Assembly (NCBI GenBank): GCA_934660865.1
Contig: CAKUIA010000012.1
Coordinates: 1-32,000 of the forward strand
Origin: an uncultured Opitutales bacterium
GTDB lineage: Bacteria; Verrucomicrobiota; Verrucomicrobiia; Opitutales; Intestinicryptomonadaceae
DNA length: 32,000 bases
Reading direction: 5' to 3'
Shown here: positions 16,553 to 25,311 of the stretch, piece after piece
How the letters are laid out: each line of letters starts with the position of its first letter
How positions within the stretch are numbered: the first letter of the stretch is position 1
Notes under the pieces: generated by a model
Database searches by the model: none
Told to the model about the DNA's origin: nothing
What the model saw: only the letters and a program-made list of their open reading frames with translations
Position numbers and translations under genes: made by a program

Positions 16553-18034
16553 ATGAAAGGCGTCGCCGCAATACTGGTATTTGTTTTGCTCGCCGTTTTC
16601 GGGACGACGCTTAGGGTGCAGTCGGCCTCGGCAAGGGCGCCGCACGCCGACGAAGCCGAACAGGCCTACACCTTTTACAGGCTCTACAACACAAACGAGT
16701 ATAAATACAACCCCAATGGCCCGCACGGCCCCGTGCTGTATTATTGGGCATACGCCTGCCAAAAAGCGCACGACTTTTTGGGCTTTAAAAAGGTCTCGAA
16801 AGTTGAAATTAAAACTTTGCGGCTATACCTTTTGCCTGTGTTTTTGGCAATGCTTGGGGCGTTTTTTTGCTGCCTCGGCAAAAAATACGGCGCAGTTTGC
16901 GCCGTAGCGTGCGCCGCCCTTTGGTGCTTCTCCGGCCTTTCTGCAATATATTCGGTATATTTTGTGCAGGAGTGTTTCTTTTCGCTCTTTGTATTTTTGG
17001 GCGTTTTATTTGCCTATAAATTCGCCGAAAAGCCCGAAACGAAAAACGCGGTTTTGCTCGGCATTTTTTGCGGGCTTTCGCAGTCTTGCAAGGAAACTTT
17101 CGCCCTTGTAGCCCTCGCCATGCTTTTGCCGTTTTTATGGGTTTGCTGCGCAAACAAAACTCTTTTTACAAAGCCGTTTTTTAAAAACGCAGCGTATGCC
17201 GCAATATCGGCAATGACGGTTTACGTTGTGTTTTACTCGTCTTTTTTTACAAACTTTTCGGGCGTTGCCGACGGTCTTTTAAGCTACATGCACTTTGCCG
17301 ACAAGGCCGAAAGCACGGCGCACTCGAAGGAGTTTTTGTATTACGCAAAAATACTTTTGGGCGACCCCAAAAACCGCATATTTATGGGCGAAAGCGCAAT
17401 TACAATACTTGCCGTTTTTGGCGGCATAACCGCCTTTGCAAAGAAAGACGCTTTTGCAAAATATTGCACAGTGTTTGCAGCCGTTTATTTTGTTTTGCTT
17501 TCGCTTATTGCATATAAAACACCGTGGCTGCTTATGTCGCTTGCGGCATTTTTGTGCCTTTTGGCGGGCTACTTTATTTCCGCGCTATGGAATGCAAAAA
17601 ACAAATTTGCAAGGCTTCTTGCGCCTGCCGCGTTTGTTGCGGCCATTTTCTTTCAATACAGGCAGGCGGGTTTTGCCGCAGTACGCTTTGCAAACGACCC
17701 GCGCAACACATTTACCTATGTGCACACTTTAAGCGACTATAAAAATTTCGAGAGCCTTGCAAAAAAAATACTGGCCGTAAAGCCGAAGGCCTCTTTCGAA
17801 TTTTTTGCCCAAAATTCGCTTTGGCCAATACCCTATCTGCTTTTGGAAAACAACGCCCTGTTTACCGACACTGCGCGCAAAACCGACGCCGATGTGGCCG
17901 TTTGCGATTCCGACAAACTAAACGCATTTATCGACAAAAACGCGTATCAATTCGACTTGTTCGGGCTGCGCGAAAACCTTATACTTAGAGTATACATAAA
18001 AAAAGAACTATACGAGAAAGCCGTTTTAAAATGA
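16553..18034 (+). CDS. GT-C fold polytopic membrane protein (ArnT/PMT-like; resembles the TIGR03663 family)
   Basis: 493 aa with more than 10 hydrophobic segments. The first loop, HADEAEQAYTFYRLYNTNEYKYNPNGPHGPVLYYWAY, matches my recollection of the HxDE...Y.Y.P..HGP pattern in that family. The stop overlaps the next ATG (ATGA, 18031-18034). Confidence 0.55.
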   Translation: MKGVAAILVFVLLAVFGTTLRVQSASARAPHADEAEQAYTFYRLYNTNEYKYNPNGPHGPVLYYWAYACQKAHDFLGFKKVSKVEIKTLRLYLLPVFLAMLGAFFCCLGKKYGAVCAVACAALWCFSGLSAIYSVYFVQECFFSLFVFLGVLFAYKFAEKPETKNAVLLGIFCGLSQSCKETFALVALAMLLPFLWVCCANKTLFTKPFFKNAAYAAISAMTVYVVFYSSFFTNFSGVADGLLSYMHFADKAESTAHSKEFLYYAKILLGDPKNRIFMGESAITILAVFGGITAFAKKDAFAKYCTVFAAVYFVLLSLIAYKTPWLLMSLAAFLCLLAGYFISALWNAKNKFARLLAPAAFVAAIFFQYRQAGFAAVRFANDPRNTFTYVHTLSDYKNFESLAKKILAVKPKASFEFFAQNSLWPIPYLLLENNALFTDTARKTDADVAVCDSDKLNAFIDKNAYQFDLFGLRENLILRVYIKKELYEKAVLK

Positions 18035-21000
18035 AAAAATTTGCGATAATAATGGTTTCCATTGCCGCCGTTTTGGCGCTTGCAATTACCGCGCTTTTTA
18101 CCGAAAGCGTGCAGACAAAATTGGCGAACAAAATTTTGTCGGAAAACTTTTCGGGCTCGAAAGTGCAGTCGGTAAAAATTCTGCCGAATTTTGCGAAAAT
18201 AGAAAACGCCGAGATAGACACAGATTCGGCTACGCTTAGCTTCGACAGCCTGACCGTTAAGTATTCGCTGTTTAGTGCAATTTTCGGCGGCGAAATAAAG
18301 ATTGAAAATCTCGACTTTTGCAACGGCGTTCTTTCCCTTAAAGAAAAGCCCAAAGCGGGGCAAAACGCCGTTGCCAACCCCAAAAAAACAGGCACCGTTG
18401 CGGCAGAAAGTGCACCCGCAACTCCCGAAAACCCTACAAATGGAAAAACAGACCAACCGCATGCCCGCAAGGCGGCAAAAGGCTTCGGCTACAAAATTTC
18501 GCTTTCGAATGCAAACGCAAGCCTTGCCCTGCGCGACAAAAATGCCGACTTATGCCGCGCCGAAATCTCGGTTAAGGATTTTTATGCCGACAAAAACTTC
18601 GCCGTTCAAACCCTCGTTTTTTCGGCAAAACTAAATTCGGCAAAAACGCCCGATTCGATAACCGCGCAAGCCTCGCTAATGGAAAGCGCCTCGGGCAAAA
18701 CGCTAAACGCGCTGGCGTCTTTAAACGGCAAAGACCTTTTTAAGGCAAACGGCCGGCTCGACAAAAATTTAAAAAGCGCAAACCTTTCGCTTTCCTGCAA
18801 GGCGACGGAAAACGACATTAAAAATTTTGTGCCTTTGCGCGGCGCAAAATTTGCGTGCGACATTTTCGCAAAGCTAAACGCACAAAACGGCTTCGGCGAC
18901 ATCTCGGGGCTGGCAAGGGTTTTGGTTGAAGGCAAAGACCTTGGCAATTTAAACGAAAACCTTAACCTTTTGCGCGAACCTAAGTTGGACGCCGTTTGCG
19001 AATTTGCGGGCAACATGCAGGCGCTGCAAATTTCGTCGCTATCGGCCGAGATTTTCGACGACAGCAACCCGCTGGTAAAAATTTCGCTCGAAGAAAACGC
19101 CGTATTTAACTTTTCGGACAAAAGCTTTGCAAGCGCCCCGAAAATAACGCTGCAGCTAAACGAAATCCCGCAAAGCGTGTTCAAAAAATTCGCGCCAAAT
19201 GCGGACTTTTCGGTAAAGAAAGTCGGAGCTGTTTTCCTGCTTACGCCCGACTTGCAAAAAAAATCGCTGCTTATAAAAACGCAAAAAAGTTTTTACGCCG
19301 AAAACATTTCGCTTATAAAAGACGGCCGCGAACTTCTCCCAAACGAACTGTTCTTTAGCTCGGATTTTAGCGCGCAGGTAGCTTTCGACCTTTCCGAACA
19401 AAGGGCGTCGGGCAAGCTGTATTTGTCGGCTAACGGGCAAAACGGCATAGGCAACAACTTTTCGTTTTCGGGCAAAAACGGGGTTTTCGAATTTGCGGTA
19501 GAAAGCACAGGCAACATAGGCGGCTTTTTAGGCGCCGAAGATTTGTCCGACTTTTCGGCCAATATTGCTGGCTCTTTTAAAGACGGCGTAATTTCGCTGA
19601 AAAAGTTTGACCTAGCGCAAAAAGACAACAACTCGACCAATGTTTTTGAATTTTCGTTTGCCGGCGACATAGACACAAAAAATCCGCTACAAAAAGATTT
19701 CGACGCCACCGTTGGTCTGAACAAATTTCCCCTCTCAACGCTGGGGCGGTATATTCCCGATTTTTCGGCAAAAACGGCTTCGGGCAAACTGGGCGCAAGC
19801 AACAAAAACGGCGGCCTGGACTTTTCGGGCGACATATCCGCCGAAAATATTTCGTATGCGAAAGACGGCAAATACCTGATAAAAAATACGGGCGTAAAAG
19901 CGGCATTTTTGGGCAAGCTAGGCGGCAAACAACTCTTTGCAAAAGCCGACAAACTTTCGCTTTCGAAAAACTCGGCCGAATTTTTCGACGCGTCGGGTCG
20001 GGCAAACATTTCGCTGGAGGGCATGGCACTTAAAAGCGCGTCGGCAAAGGTCAAAATTTCGCTGCCAAAGTTTATGGACATTGCCGCAATAAGCGACTTT
20101 AACAACTTCCTTTCGGGCCTTGCCGAGCTTTCGGTTAAAGTAGACGGCAAAAATCTGGACTTTTCGGGCAAGCTCTTTAACCTGACGCCGAAAACAAAGG
20201 CTGCGAAAATCGAAACAATGGATTTGTCGGCCGAAATAAGCGATTTTTACAATCCCAATTCGGCAAAACTTAAAACGCAAATTTTCTCGAAGCAGGGAAA
20301 TTCCGACATGGAATTTACCGCAAAAAAATCGCAGCTAAACGACTATAAATTAACGCTTGATTCGAGGCGTTTGGAATGCGCGCATTTTGCGGTTTTGGCG
20401 GAATTGTTCAACAAGCCCGCGGGGGCAAAAAGCGCAAACATAGCGGCAAAAACAAAAACCCAGTCAGCCGAAGCGAAAGCGCAAAAACAGCCGCAAAATG
20501 CGCGCGCCGTTGCCCCGAAAGCCTCCGCACAAAACATTGCAACACCCGCACGGCAAAAGGCTGTTTGGGATACGGGATACTCGTTTTCGCTTTCCTCGCA
20601 GCTAAACGAAATTTATTTTAACGAAAGGGAAATTGCAAAATCGCTAAAGCTTTTTGCCGAGCTGGACAAAAATGCCGTTCGGGTAAAAAGCCTGGATTTT
20701 ATATCGTTTAAAACGCCCTGCTCGGCAAACGCAAACCTTTTGTTTGCCGACAATATCTACAATTTAAACGCGCTAAAATTCTCGGCAAAGAACGCCGATT
20801 TTTCGGACTTTACAAAGTTTGAAAATTCCGAAGCAAATATGCTAGACGGGCTTTTCGACATAGATATTTCGGCTTCGTCAAAAGCGGACAGCCCGCAAAA
20901 ACTTGCCGAAAATATCCTTGCAAAGCTGTCCGTTAAAAACACAAAGGGCGGCATGCTGCGCCTTATAGACCCCGACTCCAATACGGGAGCTGCAATGGGC

Positions 21001-21471
21001 ATTGCCCAAAGCGCGCTTAAGATAGGCGCTGGGCTTTTGTCGAACAGGGTAAAGGAGACAAAGGGCATAGAGGCCGTATATTCCATGTTCAGAGAGTTTA
21101 AATTCGACAGCTTCCTGTTCGAGCTTGAAAGGAATACGGACAAAAACATAGTAATAAAGAGCGGCGAGATTGTCGGCAAAGAAATCACCATTTGCGCCGA
21201 CGGCAAAATGGCGTATGCGGAAAAGCTGCCCTTTAACATGTATCCGCTTAGCGCAAAGGGCCGCGTTTACGTAAAGAACGGCGACACCGAATTTCTCTTT
21301 AAAAAGCTCGGCCTTATAAAAAGCGCAACATCGCCCATAAACGGCTATAGCACGGGCCCCGAATTCGACGTTTACGGCAATTTGCAGTCGCCGAAAAACA
21401 ACCTTTCCGACATTCTAAAAGACGCAACCGCCGCGGGAGCCACCTCTATTATAAACTCGTTTTTAAAATAA
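18031..21471 (+). CDS. Large membrane-anchored envelope protein, AsmA/TamB-like architecture (putative)
   Basis: 1146 aa with a single N-terminal TM (FAIIMVSIAAVLALAITALF). An amphipathic beta-rich body follows, with the D-F-S tripeptide recurring at least seven times (...DFSAK..., ...DFSGD..., and others). There are two K/A/P/Q-rich linkers (nt 18340-18480 and about 20411-20565). The C-terminal VYGNLQSPKNNLSDILKDA resembles AsmA-family C-termini. This is architecture-level evidence only. Confidence 0.45.
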   Translation: MKKFAIIMVSIAAVLALAITALFTESVQTKLANKILSENFSGSKVQSVKILPNFAKIENAEIDTDSATLSFDSLTVKYSLFSAIFGGEIKIENLDFCNGVLSLKEKPKAGQNAVANPKKTGTVAAESAPATPENPTNGKTDQPHARKAAKGFGYKISLSNANASLALRDKNADLCRAEISVKDFYADKNFAVQTLVFSAKLNSAKTPDSITAQASLMESASGKTLNALASLNGKDLFKANGRLDKNLKSANLSLSCKATENDIKNFVPLRGAKFACDIFAKLNAQNGFGDISGLARVLVEGKDLGNLNENLNLLREPKLDAVCEFAGNMQALQISSLSAEIFDDSNPLVKISLEENAVFNFSDKSFASAPKITLQLNEIPQSVFKKFAPNADFSVKKVGAVFLLTPDLQKKSLLIKTQKSFYAENISLIKDGRELLPNELFFSSDFSAQVAFDLSEQRASGKLYLSANGQNGIGNNFSFSGKNGVFEFAVESTGNIGGFLGAEDLSDFSANIAGSFKDGVISLKKFDLAQKDNNSTNVFEFSFAGDIDTKNPLQKDFDATVGLNKFPLSTLGRYIPDFSAKTASGKLGASNKNGGLDFSGDISAENISYAKDGKYLIKNTGVKAAFLGKLGGKQLFAKADKLSLSKNSAEFFDASGRANISLEGMALKSASAKVKISLPKFMDIAAISDFNNFLSGLAELSVKVDGKNLDFSGKLFNLTPKTKAAKIETMDLSAEISDFYNPNSAKLKTQIFSKQGNSDMEFTAKKSQLNDYKLTLDSRRLECAHFAVLAELFNKPAGAKSANIAAKTKTQSAEAKAQKQPQNARAVAPKASAQNIATPARQKAVWDTGYSFSLSSQLNEIYFNEREIAKSLKLFAELDKNAVRVKSLDFISFKTPCSANANLLFADNIYNLNALKFSAKNADFSDFTKFENSEANMLDGLFDIDISASSKADSPQKLAENILAKLSVKNTKGGMLRLIDPDSNTGAAMGIAQSALKIGAGLLSNRVKETKGIEAVYSMFREFKFDSFLFELERNTDKNIVIKSGEIVGKEITICADGKMAYAEKLPFNMYPLSAKGRVYVKNGDTEFLFKKLGLIKSATSPINGYSTGPEFDVYGNLQSPKNNLSDILKDATAAGATSIINSFLK

Positions 21472-21477
21472 AAATAT

Positions 21478-22254
21478 ATGGAAAACAAAATTACAACACA
21501 CGATATTTTGCAGGCAAAAAACACGCGCAAGCTTGCAATGATTACGGCCTACGACGCCCTGTTTGCCCGCTTGGCCGACTTGGGCGGAGCCGACATGATT
21601 TTGATAGGCGACTCTGTAGGCAACAATTTTCTCGGATTCGACAGCACCATACCCGTAAGCCTTGCCGATATGCTGCACCACACAAAGGCGGTTGCAAGGG
21701 CAAATACAAAGGCTTTGGTTGTAGCCGATATGCCTTTTTGCGAGGCAAACTACTCTTTCGACAGGCTGTTGGATTCTGCAAAATCGCTTATCCAGGCGGG
21801 GGCAAGCGCGATAAAAATTGAGGGCGCAGGCTCTATTGCCGAAAAGATTGCAGGGCTTACCGAAGCGGGCATTGCGGTTGTAGGCCATATAGGGCTTCAG
21901 CCGCAGCAGTTTTTAAAACTGGGCAAATACCGAAAATTCGGCAAAACCGAAGAGGAAAAAAACAGGCTTATAAGCGGGGCAAAGCAGCTTGAAAGCGCGG
22001 GCGTGTTTGCCATTGTTTTGGAAATGACGGACGCGGAAACTGCAAAGGCAATAAGCGAAAGCGTTTCGGTGCCCACCATAGGCATAGGGTCGGGCCCCCA
22101 TTGCGACGGCCAAGTTCTTGTTATGACCGATATGCTGGGGCTAAACGACTTTTCCCCGAAATTCGCAAAACGCTACGCAAATTTAAAAGAGCAAATCGTA
22201 AACGCCTATTCGCAATATGTGTCGGAAGTCAGAAGCGGAAAATTTCCCGAATAG
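21478..22254 (+). CDS. panB: 3-methyl-2-oxobutanoate hydroxymethyltransferase
   Basis: 258 aa with MITAYDALFARLADLGGADMILIGDSVGN, ASAIKIEGA, VGHIGLQPQ and VPTIGIGSGPHCDGQVLV. Confidence 0.92.
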   Translation: MENKITTHDILQAKNTRKLAMITAYDALFARLADLGGADMILIGDSVGNNFLGFDSTIPVSLADMLHHTKAVARANTKALVVADMPFCEANYSFDRLLDSAKSLIQAGASAIKIEGAGSIAEKIAGLTEAGIAVVGHIGLQPQQFLKLGKYRKFGKTEEEKNRLISGAKQLESAGVFAIVLEMTDAETAKAISESVSVPTIGIGSGPHCDGQVLVMTDMLGLNDFSPKFAKRYANLKEQIVNAYSQYVSEVRSGKFPE

Positions 22255-22774
22255 CCGAAAAGCCTATTATGTTGCCTCCTCTAAAATTCACGGCAGGGGG
22301 CTTTTTGCCGCGCGCGACGTAAAAAAAGGCGAGCGCATAATAGAGTATTTGGGCGACAGAATTTCGGCCGACGAAGCCGACAGGCGCGGCATTGAATACG
22401 AAAAAACCGCGCACGAAACGGGCAAGGGAGCAGTCTACATTTTCGAAGTTGACGACGACTTGTACATAGACGGCAATTTCGACTATAACGACGCAAAATA
22501 CATAAACCACGCCTGCCGCACAAACTGCCAAGCCGTGGAGGAAAACGGACGCATTTTTATAGAAACTACAAAAGACGTTTTAAAAGACGAGGAGTTTTTA
22601 TACAACTACGGCTACGCTTTTGAGCACTTTTTGGAACACCCGTGCAAATGCGGGTTTCCCGAATGTTGCGGCTATATTATAGCCGAATGCGACAGGCCAA
22701 AGCTAAAAAAAATGCTTAGGGGCAGGCGCCCGAAATGGCTTAAAAAACGCCCCGAAAACGGGAGCGAAAAATAG
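22217..22774 (+). CDS. SET-domain protein (putative protein-lysine methyltransferase) with post-SET Cys cluster and basic C-terminal tail
   Basis: 185 aa with SKIHGRGLFA, YINHACRTNC, EFLYNYGY and post-SET CKCGFPECCG. The tail is RPKLKKMLRGRRPKWLKKRPENGSEK. The only canonical in-frame start is ATG 22217, which overlaps panB by 38 nt. Confidence 0.75.
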   Translation: MCRKSEAENFPNSRKAYYVASSKIHGRGLFAARDVKKGERIIEYLGDRISADEADRRGIEYEKTAHETGKGAVYIFEVDDDLYIDGNFDYNDAKYINHACRTNCQAVEENGRIFIETTKDVLKDEEFLYNYGYAFEHFLEHPCKCGFPECCGYIIAECDRPKLKKMLRGRRPKWLKKRPENGSEK

Positions 22775-22792
22775 GGGTTTGCCCGAAAAAAA

Positions 22793-23662
22793 TCAAACCG
22801 CAAAACCCAAAACTTTTCTGGCGTTGTTTTCGAAAAAGTCGGGCAAAAAGCTTTCGGGCAGGTTTTGCGCGGCTTCGTCTTTAAGGGTTTTTATGTCGGC
22901 TGTTTTTTGGGTTTTTGGATACAGCCTAAGCGAATAGTCGCTGCCGAAAAGCAGGTTGCCGCCCGAATTTTCGAACGCCGTTTGCCAACGCTCTTTGCCG
23001 TATAAAAGCGGGAAGGCTGCCGTGTCGAAAAAGGCGTTCTTTTTTGCGAATTTTCGGCGCAAAATTTCGCCGCCGGCCAAATGCGCAAAAATAAAGTTTA
23101 CATTTTCGAATTTGTCGGCAAGCCCGAAAGCGGCGTTATTGTCGGTAAAAATCTTGCCGCTATACATTTTGCCGAACGGGTCGCCCAAATGCAGGCAAAC
23201 GGGCAGTTTTTCGGCGTCGCATATTTGCATAAGCTTTAAAAACTCGGGGCTTTTGTACGAAAAGTTTTGAACGGCATCGCACAATTCGCCCACACCGCAA
23301 AAACCGCGGCTTCTTGCGCTTTGCAAAATCTTTTTAGAGCCCTCGAAATCGGCGGGGTTTATCGCGGCAAAAGCCGATATTCTGTCGGGATAGGCCTTTG
23401 CAAAATCAAGAGCCGTATCGTTTGCGTACATACATGTTTTTGTGTTTTGCCAATAGGCCCCGTTTAAAACACTCCTTTTTATGCAGGCGTTGTCCATGGC
23501 GGCCAAAAAGGTTTCTCTTTCGGTAAAATCCTGCAAAGTTTTGCGGTTTTGCGGAGACAAAAGCGAGCCCCAATAGGGTTCGTTTTGTTGCCCGCACCAA
23601 AGCCCAGCCGGCATTTTTAACGGCGGGAAAAAGTGCGTGTGAATGTCCGCAAAATTTGCCAT
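22793..23662 (-). CDS. Metal-dependent amidohydrolase-fold hydrolase (Amidohydrolase_2-like)
   Basis: ORF 22793..23686, trimmed to ATG 23662 (MANFADIHTHFFPP), which forms a TAATG junction with the uppP stop. It has an N-terminal DxHxH and a C-terminal LFGSDYS. The substrate is unknown. Confidence 0.65.
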   Translation of the reverse strand: MANFADIHTHFFPPLKMPAGLWCGQQNEPYWGSLLSPQNRKTLQDFTERETFLAAMDNACIKRSVLNGAYWQNTKTCMYANDTALDFAKAYPDRISAFAAINPADFEGSKKILQSARSRGFCGVGELCDAVQNFSYKSPEFLKLMQICDAEKLPVCLHLGDPFGKMYSGKIFTDNNAAFGLADKFENVNFIFAHLAGGEILRRKFAKKNAFFDTAAFPLLYGKERWQTAFENSGGNLLFGSDYSLRLYPKTQKTADIKTLKDEAAQNLPESFLPDFFENNARKVLGFAV

Positions 23663-24696
23663 TAAATGCAAAGGAAATACAGGCAAAGCACGGCGCTTAG
23701 CGCTATCCTATACCACGCAAAGGGGGCAAGCCCCCTTCTTGTTAGAAAGCCCACAAGCCACTTTACGCAAACCAAAGCGCATATAAACGAAACTATAAGC
23801 CCCACCAACAGGGGCAAAACCGAAAGCGCATTTAGCATATTTTGCCCGTCTTTGGCTATCTTAAAAAAGCTTGCCGCCGAAAGCGTAAGCAGCCCCAGCA
23901 AAAAGCTGAATTTTGCCGAAGAGGCGGGATTAAGCCCCGCAATGTAGCCGCCCAAGATGGTCATCATAGACCTGCTTGTTCCCGGCCACATTGCAACAAC
24001 CTGCAAAAAGCCTATTAAAAGGCTTTGTTTTACGCTTAAATCGGACAAGTCGGTATCGGGTTTTTTAGACGCCTTTTCCCCAAGTTTTTTTTGGACAAAA
24101 AGCATAAGCAAACCGCCAGCAAAAAGCGCAAAAACCACGGGGTATACGCCGAAGAGATATTCGTCGATATAGTCGTGCAGCAAAAGGCCTATAACCGCCG
24201 CGGGCATAAAGGCCGCAATTATATTCCTTGCAAGAAACAGCCCCTTTTTGCTTTTGCCGAAAACGCCCTTTACAATTTCCCAAACGCTTTCCCAATACAA
24301 GGCCAAAACCGCCAATATTGCGCCAAGCTGTATTATAACGGCGTAGGCGTCGGCGGCCTTTTTCATTGTATAAACAACTTCTTTGCCGCTTTTTTTGCTC
24401 TGCTTTTTGTCTACAACAATGTTGCCTTTGGTGTCTTTTAGCGGGGTTTCCGAATCAAGCCCAAGAACGCTGTTTGTCAATATAAGGTGCCCCGTAGACG
24501 ACACGGGCAGATATTCGGTTATGCCCTCTACTATGCCCAAAACAACCGAATCGAAAACCGATATGTCGGTTTTTTGCGCAATGTTATCGCCCGCAGCCGC
24601 CGCCTTTGTGTTTAAGGGCAAGCCCGCAGTTTGCGAAAATGAAAAGCTAGCGCACATAAAAAACAAAAGCGCGCAAAATATGTTGCCAATTTTCAT
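23662..24696 (-). CDS. uppP: Undecaprenyl-diphosphatase (BacA/UppP), expanded form
   Basis: 344 aa with VEGITEYLPVSSTGHL and MWPGTSRS, the BacA signature motifs. A signal-like N-terminal extension and a lysine-rich loop insertion are also present. Confidence 0.85.
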   Translation of the reverse strand: MKIGNIFCALLFFMCASFSFSQTAGLPLNTKAAAAGDNIAQKTDISVFDSVVLGIVEGITEYLPVSSTGHLILTNSVLGLDSETPLKDTKGNIVVDKKQSKKSGKEVVYTMKKAADAYAVIIQLGAILAVLALYWESVWEIVKGVFGKSKKGLFLARNIIAAFMPAAVIGLLLHDYIDEYLFGVYPVVFALFAGGLLMLFVQKKLGEKASKKPDTDLSDLSVKQSLLIGFLQVVAMWPGTSRSMMTILGGYIAGLNPASSAKFSFLLGLLTLSAASFFKIAKDGQNMLNALSVLPLLVGLIVSFICALVCVKWLVGFLTRRGLAPFAWYRIALSAVLCLYFLCI

Positions 24697-24699
24697 ATA

Positions 24700-25299
24700 T
24701 CAATAAATTTTCCTTGAATCCAACGCGCTTTTTATGGTCGAAGAATCGGCAAAAAGCAGCGCGCTGCCGCTCGGCAAACCGAAACCTATGCGGCTTAGCT
24801 TAACCTGCGGCATATCGGCAAAAACGGCCTCCTGCAAGTAGCGGCAGGTTGCCTCGCCCTCTATGTCGTTCGACAACGCCAAAATTATTTCGGCAACCGA
24901 ATTTTTTATTACAAGCTCCTTAAGGCGGTCTATGCCCAATTTTTCGGGACCAATGCGCTTTAAGGGCGAAAGCTTGCCCCCCAAAACAAAGTATCTGCCG
25001 CGCCACGCCCCCGACTTTTCTATCGAAAATATGTCGAGAACACTTTCTACAACGCAAACGGCGTCGGCACGGCGCGAAGGGTCGGCACAAATGCGGCAGG
25101 GCTTTCCGCCTTCGGAAAGCGCGCCGCACTCGGGGCACGCACTAAGCGAATTTAAAGCCTCGTCTATGCACCGGCGCAAAAGCGCGCCAAGCTCGCGGTT
25201 TTCTACCGCAATGTTCAGGGCAATGCGTTCGGCGGCTTTCGCCCCTATTCCGGGAGCCTTTCGCAAAGCCGCCTTTAGGTTTTCGAAAGCGTCCGACAT
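24700..25299 (-). CDS. recR: Recombination protein RecR
   Basis: 199 aa with a helix-hairpin-helix N-terminus (LRKAPGIGAKAAERIA), a C4 zinc finger (CPECG...CRIC) and a Toprim region (VCVVESVLDIFSIEKSG). Confidence 0.92.
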   Translation of the reverse strand: MSDAFENLKAALRKAPGIGAKAAERIALNIAVENRELGALLRRCIDEALNSLSACPECGALSEGGKPCRICADPSRRADAVCVVESVLDIFSIEKSGAWRGRYFVLGGKLSPLKRIGPEKLGIDRLKELVIKNSVAEIILALSNDIEGEATCRYLQEAVFADMPQVKLSRIGFGLPSGSALLFADSSTIKSALDSRKIY

Positions 25300-25311
25300 A
25301 GCGCAAATTTG

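Noticed and set aside
22776-22799. Inverted repeat GGTTTG / CAAACC with a 12-nt loop between the convergent SET-domain and amidohydrolase genes, considered as a terminator.
   Set aside because: The stem is only 6 bp and AT-leaning, the loop is large, there is no flanking U-tract, and one arm lies inside the amidohydrolase coding sequence. The evidence is too weak to call.
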